From Octopus bimaculoides (Eukaryota), in NCBI RefSeq assembly GCF_001194135.2, contig NC_068982.1:46788342-46852058 (forward strand): a stretch of DNA of 63,717 bases, read 5' to 3'. The notes below the pieces were generated by a model. That model ran no database searches. It worked only from the letters and a program-made list of their open reading frames with translations, and had not been told where the DNA came from. Positions within the stretch are counted from its first letter, which is position 1; the number at the start of each line of letters is the position of its first letter. The position numbers and the translations under genes are program-made. Shown here piece by piece: positions 1 through 12,709 of the stretch.

Positions 1-1
1 G

Positions 2-1846
2 GATGGATTCTCTTTCAATTCAATCGCCAAAAGCGATTTTATACAGAGAAATCTTCATAGTCAGAGAGGCAAATATGATAAATTACAACCAACATCTGCA
101 AACGGAGTCAGGAATATGGTAATGAATTATTACATAACCAAGAAAGAAGAACTTATTCATTATTTCGAAAAAGGAGTAGCACTGGCGATTCGCTACTCAT
201 TGACATTGGATGAATACACATCAATTCAAAATAAACGATATATGAACATAAATGTTCATGGGAAAGACAATCATTGGTTGTTGGGTCTTATTGAGATCCA
301 CGGCTCCCTTAATAGCAGGAGAACAGCAATTTGTGAGAGGATGTCTTATTGAATTTGGATTGGAATTGGATATACACATTGTTGGCTGTACGACGGATGG
401 TGCTTCTATGATGGTGAAATTCGAAAAAGAAATAAGACCTGATCACCAACAATGTCTCACACATTGCATACATCTGTCTGTGATCGACATTCTCTATCAA
501 AAAAATATTGAAAATATTGCCTCAACCGATGACACTGATAAAAAAAGGGAAGAGATCGCTATAACAGACGATAGTGATGATGAAGCTGACATAAGCCAAC
601 AGGACATATTTTTTCAAACAGATTTGGCTCATGGAAATGCTTGTTTTCCCCAGCTAAAACTTGAATTTAACAGTTTTAAATAAGGTAAGAAAAATTTCAA
701 AACTTTTCCGTAAATCTCCTACAAAAAATGAAATTTTGCAAGATTTTGTACGAGCGAACTTTGATAACAGAGAATATAAACTTATACTTGATTGCAGAAC
801 AAGGTGGAATAGCACATTCCATATGATTGAGAGATTTTTGAAATTGAAAAGCTGCATTCCTAATGCTCTACAAGCAGTACTTTCCACAGATGCCGTGGCT
901 GACGAAGAATGGAAATCTCTTGATTTACTATATGAAATTCTGCATCCAGTAGAAATTATTTTGAAGGCTATTTGCACTGATGATATGGATTTACTGAAAG
1001 CGGAATATTCTATAGAATTTTTATTGAATAAACTTAATATCGTCGGCAACCCTTTGGCTCTAAATCTTCGTGAAAGACTTATGCATAGATATAATAAGAG
1101 AAGAAATGTTGAAACCTTGACTCTCTTGAGGNNNNNNNNNNNNNNNNNNNNNNNNNNNNNNNNNNNNNNNNNNNNNNNNNNNNNNNNNNNNNNNNNNNNN
1201 NNNNNNNNNNNNNNNNNNNNNNNNNNNNNNNNNNNNNNNNNNNNNNNNNNNNNNNNNNNNNNNNNNNNNNNNNNNNNNNNNNNNNNNNNNNNNNNNNNNN
1301 GGACCTTTTCTTTTTTTAACAAAACAACATTTAAGGAAGTATGCTAAACAAAAATATAGGAGATTATTTCCTGAACATGACGCTGAGAACACAACAGAAT
1401 TATACAAAGAAAATGAAATAGGAGGAGACCTAAAAACAAATGTTACTGTTGTCCCATCTACTTACGAAGGTAATGAACTCATGCGTGAATACACAAGCGC
1501 AATGAAGAAAATGAATGAAGAGCCCAAGATAGTAGCAGATGGATTTGAAATCTCTAAAGAATTCGAATATTTTAAAGCAACTTCGAACAGAAGTGAAAAG
1601 CTCGAGAAACTTTATAGAGCATTGCTTATGACTGAAGTAACTAGTGTCCAGTCGGAAAGAGCTTTTACAATTACTGGACTTTTCAACACAAAAATTAGGA
1701 CAAGTTTGTCAGATAAAACACTGAATGCATTGTGTTTTTTAAAAGATTATTTACGAAGGAAAATGAATCATCAAGCAAATCAAGAAACTAGATTGATTCT
1801 CAGAAATACAATGACTTGGAAAAACGTTGCATTCCTGATTAAATAA
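2..1846 (+). pseudogene. hAT-superfamily transposase, frameshifted, 5' part outside the window
   Basis: Three frames join into hAT motifs: RYSLTLDEYTS (first Asp), GCTTDGASMM (second Asp), CLTHCIHL (CxxH), LDCRTRWNSTFHMIERF, and TSVQSERAF (Glu, C-terminal dimerisation domain). Frameshifts near 315 and 660, a stop at 1345-1347, N gap 1132-1300. Confidence 0.9.
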
Positions 1847-2029
1847 ATATAATACCATTATTTTTTGTTATTGCTTGTACATAGATACAGATACAGGCAC
1901 CACCAACATATTTGTGGATATCAGTCAAACTGTTGCTTTCTCTCTTTCTCTGTTTATGTATATAAACAAAATACAATATATAACAAACTTCTTCATTACA
2001 GGGACACCACTCTAAATCCACGAAAACCA

Positions 2030-2102
2030 GTCTTTAACTGGTTTTGAGAATTACTTGTACTTAAACTCGGTTTTGGGAATTATCGGTTTTCTGCAAGCCC
2101 TG
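2030..2102 (+). mobile_element. Candidate right end of the hAT element (TIR plus subterminal repeats)
   Basis: Ends CGGTTTTCTGCAAGCCCTG (reverse complement CAGGGCTTGCAGAAAACCG, hAT-like CAGGG terminus), preceded by repeated (C/T)GGTTTT motifs. The partner TIR is not in the window. Confidence 0.6.
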
Positions 2103-4545
2103 GTTGGGTCTGCCCCTTTCGCGAATATCCGACATGTCATGTAATGTTATGGGTTGGGTCTGCCCCTTTGGTGAATATCTGACTTGTCATGTAATGTTAT
2201 GGGTTGGGTCTGCTCCTTTGGTGAATATCCGACATGTCATGTAATGTTATGGATTGGGTTTGCCCATTTGGTGAATATCCGACACGTCATGTAATGTTAT
2301 GGGTTGGGTCTGCCCCTTTGGCGAATATCCGACATATCATGTAATGTTATGGATTGGGTCTGCCCCTCTGGCGAATATCCGACATGTCATGTAATGTTAT
2401 GGGTTGGGTCTGCCCCTTTGGTGAATATCTGACTTGTCATGTAATGTTATGGGTTGGGTCTGCTCCTTTGGTGAATATCCGACATGTCATGTAATGTTAT
2501 GGATTGGGTCTGCCCATTTGGTGAATATCTGACACGTCATGTAATGTTTTGGATGGGTCTGCCCCTTTGGCGAATATCCGACATGTCATGTAATGTTATG
2601 GGTTGGGTCTGCCCCTTTGGGGAATATCCGACATGTCATGTAATGTTATGAGTTGAGTCTGCCCCTTTGGCGAATATCCGACTTGTCATGTAATGTTATG
2701 GGTTGGGTTTGCCCCTTTGGCGAATATCCGACATGTCATGTAATGTTATGGGTTGAGTCTGCCCCTTTGGCGAATATCTGACTTGTCATGTAATGTTATG
2801 GATTGGGTCTGCCCTTCTGGTGAATATCCGACATGTCATGTAATGTTATGGGTTGGGTCTGCCCCTCTGGTGAATATCCGACTTGTCATGTAATGTTATG
2901 GGTTGGGTCTGCCCCTTTGGCGAATATCCGACTTGTCATGTAATGTTATGGGTTGGGTCTGCCCCTCTGGCGAATATCCGACATGTCATGTAATGTTATG
3001 GGTTGGGTCTGCCCCTCTGACGAATATCCAATGTGTCATGTAGTGTTATGGGTTGGGTCTGCCCCTCTGGCGAATATCCGACTTGTCATGTAATGTTATG
3101 GATTGGGTCTGCCCCTCTGGCGAATATCCGACATATCATGTAATGTTATGGGTTGGTTCTGCCCCTTTGGCGAATATCCGACATGTCATGTAATGTTATG
3201 GGTCGGGTCTGCCCCTNNNNNNNNNNGACATGTCATGTAATGTTATGGGTTGGGTCTGCCCCTCTGGCGAATATCCGACATGTCATGTAATGTTATGGGT
3301 TGGGTCTGCCTCTTTGGCGAATATCCGACATGTCATGTAATGTTATGGGTTGGGTCTGCCCCTCTGGCGAATATCCGACGTGTCATGTAATGTTATGGGT
3401 ACGGTCTGCCCCTCTGGCGAATATCCGACTTGTCATGTAATGTTATGGATTGGGTCTGCCCATCTGGCGAATATCCGACATGTCATGTAATGTTATGGGT
3501 TGGGTCTGCCCCTTTGGCGAATATCCAACATGTCATGTAATGTTATGGGTAGGGTCTGCCCCTCTGGTGAATATCCGACTTGTCATGTAATGTTATGGAT
3601 TGAGTCTGCCCCTTTGGCAAATATCCGACTTGTCATGTAATGTTATGGATTGAGTCTGCCCCTCTGGCGAATATCCGACATGTCATGTAATGTTATGTGT
3701 TGGGTCTGCCCCTCTGGCGAATATCCGACATATCATGTAATGTTATGGGTTGGGTCTGCCCCTCTGGCGAATATCCGACGTGTCATGTAATGTTATGGGT
3801 TGGGTCTGCCCCTCTGGCGAATATCCGACTTGTCATGTAATGTTATGTATTGTGTCTGCCCCTCTGGCGAATATCCGACATGTGATGTAATGTTATGGGT
3901 TGGGTCTGCCCCTTTGGCGAATATCCGACATGTCATGTAATGTTATGGGTCGGGTCTGCCCCTTTGGCGAATATCCGACTTGTCATGTAATGTTATGGAT
4001 TGGGTCTGCCCCTTTGGCGAATATCCGACATGTCATGTAATGTAATGGGTCGGGTCTGCCCCTTTGGCGAATATCCGACTTGTCATGTAATGTTATGGAT
4101 TGGCGAATATCCGACATGTCATGTAATGTTATGGGGTGCGTCTGCCCCTTTGGCGAATATCCGACATGTCATGTAATGTTATGGGTCGGGTCTGCCCCTT
4201 TGTCGAATATCCGACTTGTCATGTAATGTTATGGATTGGGTCTGCCCCTCTGGCGAATATCCAACATGTCATGTAATGTTATGGGTTGCGTCTGTCCCAT
4301 GGCGAATATCCGACTTGTCATGTAATGTTATGGATTGGGTCTGCCCCTCTGGCGAATATCCGACATGTCATGTAATGTTATGGGTTGCGTCTGCCCCTTT
4401 GGCGAATATCCGACTTGTCATGTAATGTTATGGATTGGATCTGCCCCTCTGGCGATTCCCTGACATGTCATGTAACGTTATGGATTGGCATTGCCCCTCT
4501 GTCAAATCCCCCCACCGTCATGTCATGTAATGTTATGGGTTAGTA
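2103..4545. repeat. 50-bp minisatellite array, about 48 copies
   Basis: Unit GTTGGGTCTGCCCCT(T/C)TGGCGAATATCCGAC(A/T)TGTCATGTAATGTTATGG with period 50 (2103, 2153, 2203...). A few indel units, a 10-N gap at about 3217, degenerate copies at the right edge. Confidence 0.97.
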
Positions 4546-4659
4546 TGTGTGTATGCATTTATGTATGTATGTGTATGTATCTATGTATGTGCGTATGTAT
4601 TTATGTGCATATGTATGTGTGTATGTATGTAGGTGTGTGTGTGTGTATGTATGTTGGTG

Positions 4660-4690
<31 letters not shown>

Positions 4691-4716
4691 TGGTGTGTGT
4701 GTGTGTGTGTGTGTGT
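4546..4716. repeat. (GT)n/(GTAT)n compound microsatellite
   Basis: Read directly. Confidence 0.9.
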
Positions 4717-5399
4717 CTATAAGCCTCTTTCCAATGTTATTTCGATCTTCACAAAAGACATCATGTAGTGCAGCATGGTCTTTCGTCAGTCTCTTCTTCC
4801 TGTGTTCATTTTTGAAATTTGTATAAATTTTACTTCTTTTCAGACATATGATGGTAGAGTACTGACTAGTAAAAAATTGAACATTTCAATACCTGCATCT
4901 CTTTGTCGTTAATCAAGGTTCTAAAGGTTCCAAACCTACTCAAGACATTTGCGCTGTGTGCAGAGATGATTCCATTACTGAAAGAACTGAACAGAAAATG
5001 GGTTTTATTCTTCAAGTGGTGGAGATTTGAGCTTGCAAATTCTCCATATTCGGGGCACCGTGCTCAATGGTATGAGGGTCAATAGAACAAGCTCATCCAT
5101 GAGTATACATGCCAACCAACTAGGGAATTGGTGAGTACAAAGGGAAGTACTCATGCTCTTGTTGTCCATCAACTTCATGTGTTGGTTTACATCCAAATTG
5201 TCAGAGTATGTGGTACACATGCACTGACATTTTGGAACAAAGAGATAAACTGCAGCCCTCCTCTTTTGCCACCAATTTGCTCATTTGACATGTTACTCAT
5301 GGACACAAAATAGAGGTCTCTTTACCGCATAGTCATCAGCAATGAAAAATGCTACCTCTGTGTCAGCATGACATAAAGGTGTCATTTACATCAACATTC

Positions 5400-5920
5400 C
5401 CGGAGCAGGCTGTCTGTTGTTTTCTTAAACAAGACACTTTATTTTACATTCCTCCAGTTTCACTCAGCTATAGAAATGAGTTGCGATGTCAGTGGTGCCA
5501 AGATTGTATCAGCCTTTGCCATTCCCTTCGATGACATTGGTGGCATGGAGGAGGGGCGGCTGGTACGCATGGGTGACTACTGGTCTTCCATAAACAACCT
5601 TGCCCAGACTTGTGCCTTGAAGGGTTACATTCTAGGTGTAATCACATGGTCATTCATGACCAAAGGGAGTCTTTTATATGTCCACACTGTGTGTTGTGTT
5701 CTTGAGCAAGACACTTTATTTCACATTGTTCCAGTTCACTCAGCTGTAGAAAGCCTTTGCCTTTCCCTTGGATAACATCAGTGGCATGGAGAGGAGAGAC
5801 AAGTATGAATGGGTGACTGCTGGTGTTCCATAAACAACTTTGCCTGGACTTGTGCCTCGGAGGGGAACATTTGAGGTGCAATCCCATAGTCATTCATGAC
5901 TGAAGGGAGTTGTTACCCTT
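5400..5920 (+). mobile_element. Two head-to-tail copies of a tRNA-derived SINE (my family C)
   Basis: Both carry CAAGACACTTTATTT...CAGTTCACTCAGCTGTAGAAA...CATTCATGAC, matching fuller copies at 36808-37150 and 37195-37490. Confidence 0.8.
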
Positions 5921-5944
5921 TATAAATATATACATATACATAGA

Positions 5945-6171
5945 TTTTTCAACGCATAAGAACAGCATATATAGGATAAAATCCTTACAGAGCAGAAAAA
6001 TCCGTCAGCAAGCAGCCATGAGACTCGAACTCACATCCCTTCAATTTCCGTTACCATTTAAGCTAAACTGCTTTACTGACAAATTCTTCTGCAATTTAGA
6101 ATTTAGAATTTCTGCTCTGTAAGGATTTTATCGTGTGTGTGTTGTTCTGTCAGGACTTACATGTTGAAAAA
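5945..6171 (-). repeat. Fold-back element enclosing a tRNA-like cassette
   Basis: Perfect 24-bp inverted repeat 5975-5998/6109-6132 plus outer imperfect arms. The loop 6011-6072 has an acceptor-like stem and a GTGAGTTCGAGTCTCAT T-arm. Confidence 0.7.
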
Positions 6172-6277
6172 TTTTTTTACTTGTACTACAATACATTTCA
6201 GCGCTTCAAAAACAAACTTGTTTGTTTACATATGAGCTAATTTATATATGTATGTATGTATATATATATATATATAT

Positions 6278-6495
6278 ATGGAGCGTGGCCGTTTTCGTGC
6301 GGGTGACACGTAAAAGCACCCACTACACTCTCTGAGTGGTTGGCGTTAGGAAGGGCATCCAGCTGTAGAAACTCTGCCAAATTAGATTGGAGCCTGGTGT
6401 AGCCATCCGGTTGCGCCAGTCCTCAGTCAGATCGTCCAACCCATGCTAGCATGGAAAGCGGACGTTAAACGATGATGATGATGATGATGATGATG
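6278..6495 (+). mobile_element. RTE-type LINE 3' end with (GAT)n tail
   Basis: AAAAGCACCCACTACACTCTC...GGAAGGGCATCCAGCTGTAGAAAC...CATGGAAAGCGGACGTTAAACGATGATG; the same tail follows the RTE ORF remnant at 28555-29410. Confidence 0.8.
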
Positions 6496-6577
6496 ATATA
6501 TATATTTCGTTTTTGGATTTGGTTTGCAAGATTTTTTATGTGATTTCATGTGCTGAAGCATATTCTGTTGTGTCTGG

Positions 6578-6931
6578 GNNNNNNNNNNNNNNNNNNNNNN
6601 NNNNNNNNNNNNNNNNNNNNNNNNNNNNNNNNNNNNNNNNNNNNNNNNNNNNNNNNNNNNNNNNNNNNNNNNNNNNNNNNNNNNNNNNNNNNNNNNNNNN
6701 NNNNNNNNNNNNNNNNNNNNNNNNNNNNNNNNNNNNNNNNNNNNNNNNNNNNNNNNNNNNNNNNNNNNNNNNNNNNNNNNNNNNNNNNNNNNNNNNNNNN
6801 NNNNNNNNNNNNNNNNNNNNNNNNNNNNNNNNNNNNNNNNNNNNNNNNNNNNNNNNNNNNNNNNNNNNNNNNNNNNNNNNNNNNNNNNNNNNNNNNNNNN
6901 NNNNNNNNNNNNNNNNNNNNNNNNNNNNNNN
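6578..6931. other. Assembly gap (others at about 1132-1300, 26865-27096, 43644-44048, 51067-51378, plus two 10-N gaps)
   Basis: Runs of N, mostly flanked by microsatellites. Confidence 0.95.
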
Positions 6932-7359
6932 NTATATATATATATATATATATATATGATATATTTATTTATATATGTGTGCACATATCTATAACCATAC
7001 ATGCATACACATATACACATATATATATATATGCTTTTCCCCTTCTTTCTCCCTTTCCTTCTTTTCTCCTTCTTTCTCTCACTCTGTCTCTTCCTCACTC
7101 TCTCTCTTAGTCTCTCCTTATCTCTCTCCCTCTCAATATATATATATATTAGAATGTATCTTATATACAGATATATATGTATACATACACACATACATAT
7201 ATATTATAACACACATTTATATACATACATATATAATGTATATATACATATATATAAATATATACATACACACATAATGCATACATATATATAACATATA
7301 TAATATGCATTATAGATACTATTTATACATATGCATACACTCTCTCTCGCAATATATTG

Positions 7360-7885
7360 GGTCATCCCATAAATAATGCGATTTTTTATACTTCTTTCAT
7401 GCTGGCATGGGTTGGACAATTTGACTGAGGACTGGCGAACCAGATGGCTACACCAGGTTCCAATCTGATCTGGCAGAGTTTCTACAGCTGGATGCCCTTC
7501 CTAACGCCAACCACTCCTAGAGTGTAGTGGGTGCTTTTATGTGCCACCGGCATGAGGGTCAGTCAGGTGGTACTGGCAACAGTCACGCTCAAATGGTATT
7601 TTTTATGTGTCACCTGCACAGGAGCCAGTCGGGGGCACTGGCAACGACCTCACTTGAATATTTTTTTCACATGCCACTGGCACAAGTGCCAGTAAAGCGA
7701 CGCTGGTAACGATCACACTCGAATGGTGCTTTTTACATGCCACCGGCAGGGGAGCCAGTAAGCTGCTCTGGCAACGATAACGCTCGGATGGTGCTCTTAG
7801 CAGTCCACTAGCACGGATGCCAGTCACGCAGTGCAGTCATCGAATTTGATTTCAATTTTGATTTCACTTGCCTCAACAGGTCTTC
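7360..7885 (-). mobile_element. RTE-type LINE 3' UTR fragment with internal subrepeats
   Basis: Reverse complement of the same tail family; also matches 35885-35945. Confidence 0.75.
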
Positions 7886-7912
7886 ACAAGCAGAGTTTAG
7901 TGTCCAATGAAG

Positions 7913-7952
<40 letters not shown>

Positions 7953-8318
7953 TAATATTAGGGACAAAATCCAAAATTACAGGTAAAAACTCAATTAAAA
8001 TCAATTTATAAAAAATTAAAATTAAATTGAGCTTTACAGAGTAAAATATATATAAATATATAGTTTTAGGGAAAAGAACCAAGGTTCATGAATTCATCGA
8101 TGAAAATCCACTGTCACATATAGAAAAACTAATAATTAAAAGCACAATAAATGAGTATAATATAATACAAAGTAAATATATATATATATCATCATCATCA
8201 TCTTTTAACAACCGTTTTTCATGATGGCATGGTTTGACCAGCCAGCATAGATGGCTGGATGGATGGACAGGAAGACAGACAGACATATTGATAGACAGAT
8301 AGATATAGATACTGATAT

Positions 8319-8384
8319 GCATAGGACAAACCCATCTCATCAGGTACTGGGAAAAGTATCTGATGAGTTGGATTTGTCCTATGC
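8319..8384. other. 66-nt hairpin with a 30-bp stem
   Basis: GCATAGGACAAACCCATCTCATCAGGTACT-GGGAAA-AGTATCTGATGAGTTGGATTTGTCCTATGC: 27 Watson-Crick pairs, 1 G-U, 2 mismatches. Confidence 0.8.
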
Positions 8385-11300
8385 ACTCTAGGTAAATGTA
8401 GGCTTAGCATGCTATATAAACCATATATAAACAAAGTGGAAAGAGCCACTGTCTGTAGAGTACAAATCTAACTGCATCATAGACTGGGTCCATCTTGAGT
8501 GAACACTTGATCCAATCAACATCAATGTTATCAAGATCATTGCAGTTGATAAAGATAAATCATCATCATCATTGTTGTCGTTGTCGTCATCGTTTAATGC
8601 CTGCCTTCTATGCTGGCATGGGTTGGACAGTTTGATAGGAAACAGCCAAGTAGAAAACCACACCAGGCTGCTCTGTCTGTTCTGGGATGGTTGTTACAGC
8701 TGGATGCCCTTCCTAACACCAACTACCCCACAGACTACACCATAAGAAACAAGTTTCTACCTTCATACCTGCATATATTATCTTTCCATATCTGATGTCA
8801 AGGCTGGATAACAGTTTCTTACCTCCAGCCAAAAGTATCTGGGACATTCTTCGGTAGCTATAGTTTGAATAATCTCAGATAATATTGCAATACGAACATT
8901 CGAAGTTTGTGCACTTGAATTATGCATTTAAATTCAAGTTTGTGTACCTCGGTTGCACGCTTCCTTAAAAATGCAGTTAATCATTGATTGATCCATGAAA
9001 CCTCTCTTTCAGTGTAAATTGCCCAATAAATTCTATTGCTCAGAAACGTATGCAAATTCAATTTTCTTTCATAAAGTTCTGGTAATGGTCACATCTAAAC
9101 TGATGCCAAATTTTCCATGAACAATTTCAGCTGATTCATAATTGGAAAATTTTGTTAAGTTCATCATATTTATTCCTAGCAAATTACTGACTTTTGTTGA
9201 ATAATAGTTCATATTTGTGAAGTACACTGTATTCTGCAAGTGTTTGAAATCTATCATTAAGTGCAGCAAAGTGGTTAGGTTATACTTGAATATCTCATGA
9301 TGGAGATTGGTTTCTAAATGTCATATGTTATGCATTTCAACTTTATTAACGTTTCTGCTTCATGGAAGTATTTAGTGCTACTGTTCACTTTCTGCGTTAT
9401 TCAACTGCTTTTCTGTTGATGAATATTATATGCAAATTAACGAAGATAGCTCCCGTTAAGCTTTATCTACTTTAATTTTAAATAGTTTTATAAATAAAAA
9501 CTTTTAAAAAATTATTCTCTCTCAAGTTTAAAGCAATGTGCATCTCTCAGTTAATAGTGTGTGTGATTTTTTTTTTCTATGTTAACACCCACACAGAGGA
9601 AAAATCAGAAAAAAGAAAAACTGAACATAACAGATGGAAAACCTAGCTACCAATTCATTTTCATGCAGTTCCAAACACTTGTGTAAAAGAAAAATAAATA
9701 TAAACAAGCAATACTTTTCTGTCGTTAAACTTGTTGCATCCAACAAAATCTTTGTAATGTGGATTGACATTTGAAATACTAGCAATGGAATTATATTGGT
9801 TTTTATAGCTTTCAATTGCCAATGAAATATATGAAATGTATAAATATATGAAAACAGTTAATACAAACAGTAAAAGTATCAACAAGTGATAAAGCTATAC
9901 ATTTTATTTTAATGAAAAGCAGCTTTTAAAATATACACTGAGATTATATGTGAATGTGTCTGATTGTACATGGATTATAAATGCTTCTACTGCAGATATG
10001 TGCTTTAGCTTCAATTATAGCTGAGTTGTTAAAGCATATTACTATAATTTGTTTCATCTTACACAGGTTATGCTAAAGGAAGAAGTTTAATGCCTGAACA
10101 ATCTACTAGCATAGTGTAACTTAACTTTTGGAGGCACACTTCTTCACCAATAAGTCAACTGGAGTTTATGTCTATCAGTCTATCGTACTTATAGTCTTGT
10201 ACATTATTAAACTCAGTGAATTTCATTACCTCTGTAACATTTAAAAACAATATTAATTGCAGAATTGGGGGTTTTATACACCGAAAATTATGCTAACTTA
10301 ATAAAATATAGACAGGAAAGAGTTGGTATAAACATTCAGTTGAAAAGGTCACAGGGAATGATGAAATGGCCACACTCTAGGATATGCCGAACCATACAGA
10401 CAGAGAGATCAAGGTTACTAGATTCGATAATGAGGTCTAGGACCATAAAGAAAAGAGATACTTCATGGACAATTAATACTCCTTATACTGACTTTAACTA
10501 CCCACCTACCAAACTTTTCAAATTTGTTATCCTCATCTTCTGATTTTCACCTTGCTTGTTTTCCAGTTTTCTTGTTGATTAACTCCCAATAACAACAAAT
10601 TATCTCCCTATTACGACAATTGTAACTCTACCTACATGTGTTTCAATACCCATTCTCCCTCCATTATACACCACTGTCTCTCTGTTCATCTATTTATTTG
10701 TCTTTTTGCCTATCTGTCTTTTCTATTCTTCCTTCTCTACACCATGGAAAAGATATTTCTCTTTAATGAAGGACCCTCCCAAAGACATTAGACCCTAACT
10801 CTTTCCCAAGACAAACCAATTTATTCTCTTGTTAAATTGCTTACACAAATTCTAACAGCGGGCTCAAGTTGTTACTAAACTCCTCAGGTCTTAATGTTCA
10901 TTAATACACAAACTGGTATACTGACACAACATACTAAAAGTTTAGTCTCTTTCTCAAGTCATGCTGACTCATAAGAGCTGGTTTCCCAGTTTCCATGGGG
11001 TATATACTACCCACCAGAACAAGATATCAGACTATCGCAGGATTACCCATTTTTGCCAGCTGAGTGGACTGGAGCAACATGAAATGAAGTGTTTTGCTGA
11101 AGAACACAACACATTGCCCAGTCTAAGAATCAAACCACTATCTTGCAATCATTTGTCCAACACCCTAACCACTAAGTCCTGCACCTCCACTACACAACAT
11201 ACTAACATACTATCTTTAACAGGACATCAGACAACCACAAAGAAGCTCCTTCAGTTAGCAGCAACACATAACTGGGGAAACAGATATTTGGATAACACCC

Positions 11301-12301
11301 AGTCACTTGGCTGGGTACTTGCAGGCCTAAGATATACTTGATAAAGGCAGAATCATTAGCATCCTGAACAAATACTTAGTGACCTTTCTTCTAACTTAAC
11401 ATTCTCAGTTCACTGAGGTTGACTTTGCCTTTCATTCTTTCAGGGTCAATAAAATATGCATCAGTTGAGTATCAGGGTCAATGCAATCGACTAGCCCTCT
11501 CCACCAAAATTTCAGGCCTTGTGCCTGTAGTATAACTGAAAGAATTATTTTTTAAGATGGTGGGGTAAAAAAAGTTAAGGAAATTTTGCAGGTAAAACAA
11601 GATGGCCAAACTACAGCAGCATAGATGTTTCATATCGTATTGCAGATCATATAATTTATCATTGAAGATTGAAGGGTGCAATATAGTTTTTCAGCTAGAT
11701 AGTAAAAGATGGTGTGTTGCAAACAAGAGATGTGAATTGTGCCAGGTTGCTTGGTCAACTAACAGCTTGCTAATTCCCCTTTCCTTATTCAGTATTCTCC
11801 ATCTTTCTTTCACCCTTCTCTCTCACTTTTCTTTCACTCCCTCTCTCTGTCTCTCTCTCTCTCTTTCTCCAATGAATTGCCTTTACTGCTTCCACATGGC
11901 AAACCAATATATTCCCTATTTAAACAGCTCATACAAAAACTATATGTGGTTTTGATAAAGGCCATTATTAGTCTCCTCAGAGTTTAATGAAAACTGCCCA
12001 ATGAGCTAAGACCAGGAGTTACCCAAGTATAACAATTCTATCAATAACCACAGAACATCACACATCACATTTACAATTTCACTTTGCTTAGTAATAGTTC
12101 TCAGATGAAAAAAATATACCAATTTGTTTTGAAAATCTACAATAAAAATTACCCTCAAAAAGATAGAAATACAGAAGATAAATATGAGTCTTTATACTAG
12201 ACTTTGTCTCGGTTGTTGCTGCTGCTTCATCAAATTAAAATAATAAAATAAATAAAATAAAATACTCACACACTGTATTAAAAAAAAGAGTGTGTGTGTG
12301 T

Positions 12302-12676
12302 GTTGGCACTCCGTCGCTTACGACGTCGAGGGTTCCAGTTGATCCGATCAACGGAACAGCCTGCTCATGAAATTAATGTGCAAGTGGCTGAGCACTCCAC
12401 AGACACGTGTACCCTTAACATAGTTCTCGAGGATATTCAGCGTGACACAGTGTGACAAGGCTGGCCCCTTTGAAATACAGGCACAACAGAAACAGGAAGT
12501 AAGAGAATGTTGTGGTGGAAGAGTACAGCAGGTTTCACCACCATCCCCTGCTGGAGCCTCGTGGAGCTTTAGGTGTTTTCGCTCAATAAACACTCACAAC
12601 GCCCGGTCTGGGAATCGAAACCGCGATCCTATGACCACGAGTCCACTGCCCTAACCACTGGGCCATTGGGCCTCCA
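12302..12676 (-). mobile_element. Near full-length tRNA-derived SINE (my family D)
   Basis: Minus strand begins GGAGGCCCAATGGCCCAGTGGTTAGGG (A box) ... GGTTTCGATTCCC (B box), then a ~300-bp body ending in a (CA)n tail. Confidence 0.85.
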
Positions 12677-12709
12677 CTAAAAACAAAGTATACTAGTAGA
12701 AAATATATC

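Noticed and set aside
2-1846. Intact or domesticated ZBED-like gene
   Set aside because: It has at least two frameshifts and a stop, and retains a transposon-like end. Assembly error cannot be fully excluded.
2103-4545. CRISPR-like array, coding repeat, or p53/CTCF site array
   Set aside because: Units are contiguous with no unique spacers, the sequence is eukaryotic, frames contain stops, and the CATG cores are 5 bp apart rather than in p53 half-site register. The CTCF resemblance lacks key guanines.
6011-6072. Functional tRNA genes (also SINE heads and the cassettes at 23417 and 23687)
   Set aside because: Anticodon arms are missing or non-canonical and all are embedded in repeats.
8820-9440. 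Possible hAT C-terminal remnant or exon ending at a GTAAGA donor
   Set aside because: Only vague motif similarity, stops in all frames, and no match to the expected next TTLL exon.
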